DNA of 34,912 nt from Nanobdellota archaeon (GTDB taxonomy: Archaea > Nanobdellota > Nanobdellia > Pacearchaeales > GW2011-AR1): assembly GCA_038045485.1 (NCBI GenBank), contig JBBSYA010000052.1, forward strand, positions 1 to 34,912, written 5' to 3'. Under the pieces are notes generated by a model, which saw only the letters and a list, made by a program, of their open reading frames with translations, made no database searches and had not been told where the DNA came from. Made by a program: the position numbers and the translations under genes. Positions 16,400 to 21,621 of this stretch are shown here, piece after piece; positions within the stretch are counted from its first letter, which is position 1; the number at the start of each line of letters is the position of its first letter.

Positions 16400-16549
16400 A
16401 GGTATCCGAATAACAAACAAAAAAATGCTAACACAAACAACAAACAAGCTAAGCAGAAAAAATCTTACTGATAAACTTAAATTAAACTCCGAGGAAGAAG
16501 GCAATTCCTCACTCTGTTTGAAAGCAGAGGTATCCTTGCCTTTGATGTA

Positions 16550-16732
16550 ATGAAATTTAGAAAAATAATCCAAGAGCAGAAACAGAAGATGAAAGCGGAA
16601 CGTAATAAAAGAATAATTGAAGAACACGAGAAAAATGTAAGCGAAGAAGAAATAGCTAAGATGCTTAATATCCATTATTCTACTGTTCATTTGATAATCA
16701 GAAATTTTAAGGAGAAGAATGAAAAAATTTAG
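16550..16732 (+). CDS. Small HTH protein (60 aa)
   Basis: SEEEIAKMLNIHYSTVHLIIRNF is a typical helix-turn-helix of the resolvase/transposase-N/sigma-r4 style, preceded by a Lys/Glu-rich helix. A further 59-codon ORF (16719-16898) overlaps its end. Confidence 0.4.
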   Translation: MKFRKIIQEQKQKMKAERNKRIIEEHEKNVSEEEIAKMLNIHYSTVHLIIRNFKEKNEKI

Positions 16733-17040
16733 ATTATCTTATGTTATTGAAAAGGGAATAGCATTAGAAGCTCAAAATGAAGACGATGCTTGCGAGAGAT
16801 TTTGGAATCTGCCTGAAGGGAAAGAAGCGGATAGAATTGAAGAGGTTGAAGAATTAAAAGAGTAGCATAAAGGCTACACGCCTACCCATCAAAAAATGAA
16901 AATAAACCACATATCTAAATTTTTTAGTCCAAATAAATCTGAGGGATTATTATTTTGATGACACAACAGGTTCAGACTGGCTTGGATATTTTTCTATTAA
17001 ATCTTCGATTGGTTCATAAGCGGTTTTAGAGCTATCGCCT

Positions 17041-17124
17041 GAAATAGGTGGGGATTCGAACCCCAGAAGGCACTAAGCCATTCGGTTGACAACCGAACCC
17101 GTTTGACCGCTTCGGTACCCTCAA
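17041..17124 (-). pseudogene. tRNA-like sequence: class-II-type body, GUC in the anticodon position, no pairable acceptor stem
   Basis: Read on the minus strand, the D arm is CCG-AAGCGGTCAAA-CGG. The anticodon arm is TTCGG-TTGTCAA-CCGAA. The long variable arm is T-GGC-TTAGT-GCC-TTC. The T arm is TGGGG-TTCGAAT-CCCCA. The 5' TTGAGGG and 3' CCTATTT cannot pair. Confidence 0.4.
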
Positions 17125-17210
17125 ATATTAGTTTGAGAATGATAATTATTCTATGATTTGGGACTTTAAAAATTATTATATTCTTAAAATAACAATCTTT
17201 TTAAACTAAG

Positions 17211-17254
17211 TGACATTAGTAATGACATTATAAATGACATTAAAGATGACACAA
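17211..17254 (+). repeat. Four direct TGACAYWA repeats with exact 12-bp phasing (iteron-like)
   Basis: TGACATTA occurs at 17211, 17223 and 17235, and TGACACAA at 17247. The array overlaps the first ATG of the 17234 ORF. Confidence 0.65.
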
Positions 17255-17446
17255 GCAAAATTGTATACTGAATCTGAATTAGGTTTTGAAAGAGTATTTG
17301 AAATAAGAATTAGGGATTTAAGGGAGAGAAAAGGAATAAAACAAAAGTCCTTTTCAGTATCCGTAAAGAAGGGGATCAAAGATACAGAATATCTTACCGC
17401 AGAAGAGATGAAAAATTTCCTTGAAAATAGGGTATCAACTAAATAA
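17246..17446 (+). CDS. Small hypothetical protein (66 aa)
   Basis: ORF with no recognisable domain. The second ATG (17246) is preferred because the first lies inside the repeat array, but the start is uncertain. Confidence 0.3.
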   Translation: MTQAKLYTESELGFERVFEIRIRDLRERKGIKQKSFSVSVKKGIKDTEYLTAEEMKNFLENRVSTK

Positions 17447-17483
17447 ATTTATAAATCGATTTAGGCTTAAATAAATAAGCCAA

Positions 17484-17981
17484 ATGGAAAAAATGATACC
17501 TTCAGTTTTTGGGAAAATATTAAATGGAAAATATACTCTAACTGGTGGATTTCAAATAATGAAAGTTTATTTAGATAAAAAAGAATATCCTTCATATGAT
17601 GAAGCCGAAGATTTGAGAGAACATCTAAATCTTGATGATCAGGGTTCGGTATGTGACTGCTTCTGTAAGATAAGAGCGACTAATCTGGGTGAAATTAATA
17701 TTCTTTTTGAAGATAAAAATTCAAATTCTGGTCATTCTAAAGATATGTTTAAGGCAATAAAACAACTAAATACGACCCATAAGGATTTAAAAACAAAAAA
17801 GAATGAGAACATAGATTTCGCCATAATTTGTAGGGTACCAGTAGAAACTTCTTTCAGGGCAAGATCTAAAGATAATTTCCCAGCAAAGGCATTATTTCCC
17901 GTTACTAATCCTAAAGAGCATATGACTTTAGATAGTAAAAATATTAAAGGATTTGGGGTTCCGCTATTATCACACCTTTAA
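17484..17981 (+). CDS. Hypothetical protein (165 aa), possible PD-(D/E)xK-like fold
   Basis: SVCDCFCKIRATNLGEINILFEDKNS gives a D-x19-E-D-K spacing reminiscent of Hjc/restriction-endonuclease cores. This is only a pattern match and no other motif supports it. Confidence 0.45.
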   Translation: MEKMIPSVFGKILNGKYTLTGGFQIMKVYLDKKEYPSYDEAEDLREHLNLDDQGSVCDCFCKIRATNLGEINILFEDKNSNSGHSKDMFKAIKQLNTTHKDLKTKKNENIDFAIICRVPVETSFRARSKDNFPAKALFPVTNPKEHMTLDSKNIKGFGVPLLSHL

Positions 17982-17982
17982 A

Positions 17983-18858
17983 ATGGCATTATTTTTGAGT
18001 ATAAAAAATAAAAATAAAGAAAATTACAATTTTGATAGATTTAAAACCGCAATCATGATATTCTCAGAAATTTTTAAGAATTTTGAGATAAGAGATACTT
18101 CATTTTTATTTTACAAATATGAGCCCTATAAGGAATTTAATGAAGAATTTAAAAGACTACCCTTTGATTTGGGCATATTAGAAACTTTTATCAGAGATAA
18201 ACTAAAGAATATAAAAGCTGATTCTACTTATTATGGTTTAGAATTAGAATCTGATATTTTCGTAGATAATAAAAAGTTCAAACTTCTATTTGAATTGATA
18301 CCAAATTATAAGCCGAAATCTTATGACTTAAAAATAGATATTCTAGGGAATGGTTATGCCGAAATATTAGAAGACTTGGATAATTATTATCCTGAATTTA
18401 GGAAAGTAATGTTAGAGAATATAAAAAATTATAATGAAAAATTGGACAAAGGAAAACTATCAGGATTACAAATAGAAAAAGCAATAATGAGTGAATACAA
18501 TCAAGAAGTTCATGATATTGATACTTGGAATATGTTTTATTCAAAAAATCCTTCCGATATTATTGTTCACATATCCTCTGAAGATAAAAAGATAAAAGAA
18601 AGATTGATTTATGGAAATAAAAATAAATTTGCCCAGAGATTAAATATGCTTCAGCCATATATAATTAAATTTGCAGAATACGCAAAAGAAGCTAATGTTG
18701 AAATATCTCAGGGAAGTATTGCTATTCTTCCAAAAAATAAGAAAGCTATGGGGGACTTCATGGGAAAATTAAGAAAAAAAATCAATTTAGCTGTAGAAAA
18801 AGCATATTTAAATAAAAGTGATTATGAGGAAAAATTATCTGAAGCTTTTTTAGATTAA
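17983..18858 (+). CDS. Hypothetical protein (291 aa), no recognisable domain
   Basis: The ATG is 1 nt after the stop of the upstream ORF, so the two are tightly coupled. The ORF-track start at 17953 is TTG. Confidence 0.5.
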   Translation: MALFLSIKNKNKENYNFDRFKTAIMIFSEIFKNFEIRDTSFLFYKYEPYKEFNEEFKRLPFDLGILETFIRDKLKNIKADSTYYGLELESDIFVDNKKFKLLFELIPNYKPKSYDLKIDILGNGYAEILEDLDNYYPEFRKVMLENIKNYNEKLDKGKLSGLQIEKAIMSEYNQEVHDIDTWNMFYSKNPSDIIVHISSEDKKIKERLIYGNKNKFAQRLNMLQPYIIKFAEYAKEANVEISQGSIAILPKNKKAMGDFMGKLRKKINLAVEKAYLNKSDYEEKLSEAFLD

Positions 18859-18863
18859 TTTAA

Positions 18864-20252
18864 TTATTTTATACAACCAAAACCTTCTCTTGAATGACAC
18901 TCTTCCTTTAAGGAGCATACTCCTGTTTTATTCATAAAGGGACAGGGTGGTAGAGACAAAATATCTTTTTCTCCTTTCTCCAATTTCACGATTATCTCTT
19001 TAGTTTTAGCTAAGATTTCATTTGTATTTTTATAAGTAATTTCAAATGCCTGAATAAAATTATTTTTCTTTGGAGAAATTATGAATATAATCCCTTTAGT
19101 TTTGCCGTAATTAGCTACCACTATTCCTAGTTCTGCGATATAATATTCATTAGGTCTTGTTTGAATATTATTACTCATATTTGCTTTTACTATATATGGT
19201 ATTATTTTAGAATCTTGATTACCCGAACTTTTAGTATTAGCCCACCTATAGCCAACATGAAGACGTGGTTCTAGACTAGATTTAAATAATTCTTTTCTTT
19301 CACCAAAAGATAATTTAATTGGAAGTTTTTTAACAAGTGCCCCTAGAAATGATTGAGATTCTTTTTTTTCTTGATCATTTTCTCCATCTTCTTTAAGATT
19401 GTACTTTCTTGGAGAAATTATATTCCAAGTAGAAAAGAAATTTTTTGAAGCATGATACTTTGTTTTTACTTCTAGTAATCTTTTAGTCATCTCTTCATCG
19501 TAGGTTAAATTAATAGCTTGTTGCAACTGTTCTGTAGAAAGAGGTTCCAATTTATCGCAATTGCAAAGATTAGCCTCAAAAAACTGGCATCCTTTTTCAT
19601 GATACCTGCATCTGCCAAGGGAAATCGGATTCTTAGTTTTGATAGCTTCATCTAAAGTTTTTATTCTTGTTTTTATCAGTGAATCTATTTTGCTGGGATC
19701 TTTTATTTCTATTTTAAATGCTTTAAATGGAAATGTTCCTGAATCTTTCATAAAAATTAAATAATTTATTTTATCGTGAGAAGGATGAATAGCGGAATAA
19801 AAGCAGACTTGTTCTACATCTTGAGGATATTTAGATATTACTTCTTCAGCCGTTTCAGGAATTTCATTTTTAGTTTTTAAATCAAATATAGAATCTCCTA
19901 TTCTACAATCAATTCTGCCTTTAACTCCAGGTAAATCAACCCAAGCCCCATCAATATTTCCCTCATTAACTACAAAATCTGGAAATGTTTCTAACCATTT
20001 TCCTGTGATTCCATGTAATGTAGTTCCCCAATTAAGTTTTTTTTGTATGACCATGGGTTTTTCTACTTTTTCACTGGTTCTAGCCCAATAGGTTTGAGCA
20101 GGGTTACACAATTCAGTAACAATATAGTAATCTGCAACATTAGGTTTCTTTTTAGTATCTTGTATCATCATTCTTAACATTGAAGATAAAGATTCATTAT
20201 AGGTAAATCCCCCAGACACACGTTCATTTACGAAATCAACCATATTTTCCAT
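18864..20252 (-). CDS. Cas4/RecB-like PD-(D/E)xK nuclease with Fe-S-type cysteine cluster plus uncharacterised C-terminal half carrying a second Cys cluster
   Basis: In order: TELCNPAQTYW (N-terminal Cys), NWGTTLHG, GRIDCRIGDSIFDLKTK (D...D-x-K), QVCFYSAI (QxxxY), then CRYHEKGCQFFEANLCNC. The C-terminal end has PPCPFMNKTGVCSLKEECHSREGFGC. Confidence 0.65.
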   Translation of the reverse strand: MENMVDFVNERVSGGFTYNESLSSMLRMMIQDTKKKPNVADYYIVTELCNPAQTYWARTSEKVEKPMVIQKKLNWGTTLHGITGKWLETFPDFVVNEGNIDGAWVDLPGVKGRIDCRIGDSIFDLKTKNEIPETAEEVISKYPQDVEQVCFYSAIHPSHDKINYLIFMKDSGTFPFKAFKIEIKDPSKIDSLIKTRIKTLDEAIKTKNPISLGRCRYHEKGCQFFEANLCNCDKLEPLSTEQLQQAINLTYDEEMTKRLLEVKTKYHASKNFFSTWNIISPRKYNLKEDGENDQEKKESQSFLGALVKKLPIKLSFGERKELFKSSLEPRLHVGYRWANTKSSGNQDSKIIPYIVKANMSNNIQTRPNEYYIAELGIVVANYGKTKGIIFIISPKKNNFIQAFEITYKNTNEILAKTKEIIVKLEKGEKDILSLPPCPFMNKTGVCSLKEECHSREGFGCIK

Positions 20253-20281
20253 GATAAAACTATATGCGACGGTTATTTAAA

Positions 20282-20302
20282 ATATACTCTTATAGAGTAT
20301 AT
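20282..20302. promoter_or_regulatory. 9-bp-arm inverted repeat in the divergent promoter region
   Basis: ATATACTCT-TAT-AGAGTATAT lies immediately next to TTATTTAAAA, 30 nt from the minus-strand ATG at 20252. Confidence 0.45.
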
Positions 20303-20361
20303 AACTGGAATTTACTTTATCCTGAAGATAAGTTTTTATATAAGTAACACTTATAGTTTTT

Positions 20362-20529
20362 ATGCCAAAGGTATTTTATCAATGTCAAAATATTGAGTGT
20401 AATTCAATATTTGAGATAGACTATGAAACTAGAGAACCATTTTGCTGCGTAAAATGTAATAAACAAGTCGATTATGGATTAATTATAAAATATCTTATTT
20501 TAAGAGCATTGAACGATAAATTTTCTTAA
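20362..20529 (+). CDS. Small zinc-ribbon protein (55 aa; below ORF-track cutoff)
   Basis: MPKVFYQCQNIECNSIFEIDYETREPFCCVKCNKQV has CxxxxC...CxxC spacing. Confidence 0.3.
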   Translation: MPKVFYQCQNIECNSIFEIDYETREPFCCVKCNKQVDYGLIIKYLILRALNDKFS

Positions 20530-20533
20530 TTAT

Positions 20534-20585
20534 ATTATTGTGCAGCCCCCTCCATTATTGTTCAGAATCAACTATATTGTGCAAG
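20534..20585 (+). repeat. Three direct ATTGTKCA-containing repeats spaced 19-20 bp
   Basis: ATTATTGTGCAG at 20534, ATTATTGTTCAG at 20554 and ATATTGTGCAAG at 20574, about two helical turns apart. Confidence 0.55.
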
Positions 20586-20687
20586 GCTCTGATAACCAAA
20601 ACATTTAAATAGTATACATCCTCTTGTGTATACATAATTGTATATACTAAATCGAAAGATGAACATATACAACACCTCTTTTTTCAT

Positions 20688-20709
20688 CTGGGGTATGCGC
20701 ATACCTCAG
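20688..20709. promoter_or_regulatory. 22-bp near-perfect palindrome upstream of the Zn-ribbon/AbrB gene
   Basis: CTGGGGTATGCGCATACCTCAG has a perfect 14-bp core GGTATGCGCATACC. It is followed by the TATA-like CTAAAATAAAAG and then the ATG at 20753. Confidence 0.5.
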
Positions 20710-20752
20710 TGATACTCTAAAATAAAAGAAAGAAAACAACACAAACAAAAAC

Positions 20753-21280
20753 ATGGATATATTCGACAATCAAATTTTATGCAAAAAATGCAACAAGATT
20801 ATGAAGCCAACACTGATTTCTAAAAATGGATTTAATCTTAGAACTATTCGATGTGAAAAATGCAACGAAATTATTGTTCATCCTGCAGATAAGGCAGAAT
20901 ATGACGAATTTATGAGACTGAAGAATAAAGAATTCGAAGTAAAGATGAGAATGGTTGGAAACAGCTATGCTATTTCTATTCCGCGAGAAATTGTTGATTT
21001 TATGCACGAACAAGAAAATATGATGGATAACATGGTTAAACTTTGTTTTGATAATGCGAATCGATTGAGTCTAATGTTCAATACTCCTGAAAATGCTGAA
21101 AACGAAAACTCCAATAGAAGAGTCGTTAGCTCTAAAGAAGTTAGAATTGTTAGAAATAACAAACCAGTAATGCATGTTAAACAAGTTTATGATTCTGCAA
21201 ATCCTCAAAACAATCGCACTATACGAATAATTAAAAACAAACAAAATGGAAAAGAACAAGAAGAAATGGAGGAAGATTAA
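20753..21280 (+). CDS. Zn-ribbon + AbrB/SpoVT-like domain protein with Asn/Glu-rich tail
   Basis: CKKCNK...CEKCNE is a four-Cys ribbon. VKMRMVGNSYAISIPREIVDFM is an AbrB-type strand-turn pattern. Confidence 0.6.
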   Translation: MDIFDNQILCKKCNKIMKPTLISKNGFNLRTIRCEKCNEIIVHPADKAEYDEFMRLKNKEFEVKMRMVGNSYAISIPREIVDFMHEQENMMDNMVKLCFDNANRLSLMFNTPENAENENSNRRVVSSKEVRIVRNNKPVMHVKQVYDSANPQNNRTIRIIKNKQNGKEQEEMEED

Positions 21281-21285
21281 CCAAC

Positions 21286-21459
21286 ATGATAGATTATAGA
21301 AGTTCAAAATCAGAATATGGGTGCGGAAGATGCACAACTTGTAATGACTGCGGATATTCTCAAAGACAGCAAAGTTATAGTTTAGGAAATACTAACTCAA
21401 ATCATCTTGGCAATTATTCAGGAAGTTCAAATAGTTATGATGCGGAGGGTAAACAATAA
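21286..21459 (+). CDS. Small Cys-rich then Ser/Asn/Gly-rich peptide (57 aa; below ORF-track cutoff)
   Basis: MIDYRSSKSEYGCGRCTTCNDCGYS carries a CxxCxxCxxC motif and is followed by a low-complexity tail. It starts 6 nt after the upstream stop. Coding status uncertain. Confidence 0.25.
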   Translation: MIDYRSSKSEYGCGRCTTCNDCGYSQRQQSYSLGNTNSNHLGNYSGSSNSYDAEGKQ

Positions 21460-21492
21460 AAAGAATAAACAATTAAAAAACTTAAATCTCCT

Positions 21493-21595
21493 CCAGAGAA
21501 TTTTTAATTCTCTGGCTCGTTCAGTTCTCACGAACTGAAGACTTAGGGTTCGAGGTGAAGAGTTTTTTAAATTCAGGAAATTAAGAATTTCCTGA
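21493..21595 (+). repeat. Three consecutive perfect stem-loops
   Basis: CCAGAGAATT-TTT-AATTCTCTGG (21493-21515), TTCAGTTC-TCAC-GAACTGAA (21520-21539) and TCAGGAAATT-AAG-AATTTCCTGA (21573-21595). The first and third share a GAAATT/AATTTC-type core. Confidence 0.6.
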
Positions 21596-21621
21596 CTGTT
21601 ATTTTTGTTTCACAAAAAAAC

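Noticed and set aside
16337-16690. 117-aa minus-strand ORF
   Set aside because: The translation is low-complexity and Phe/Leu/Ser-rich, as expected from the antisense of an A-rich region. It overlaps the operon end and the plus-strand HTH ORF and has no promoter-like box.
17041-17124. Calling this a functional tRNA-Asp(GUC) gene
   Set aside because: The acceptor strands (TTGAGGG / CCTATTT) give at most 2 Watson-Crick pairs. A 15-nt variable arm is inconsistent with tRNA-Asp. The plus-strand reading gives a non-canonical T-loop (ATTCGAA). It is kept only as a tRNA-like or pseudogene feature.
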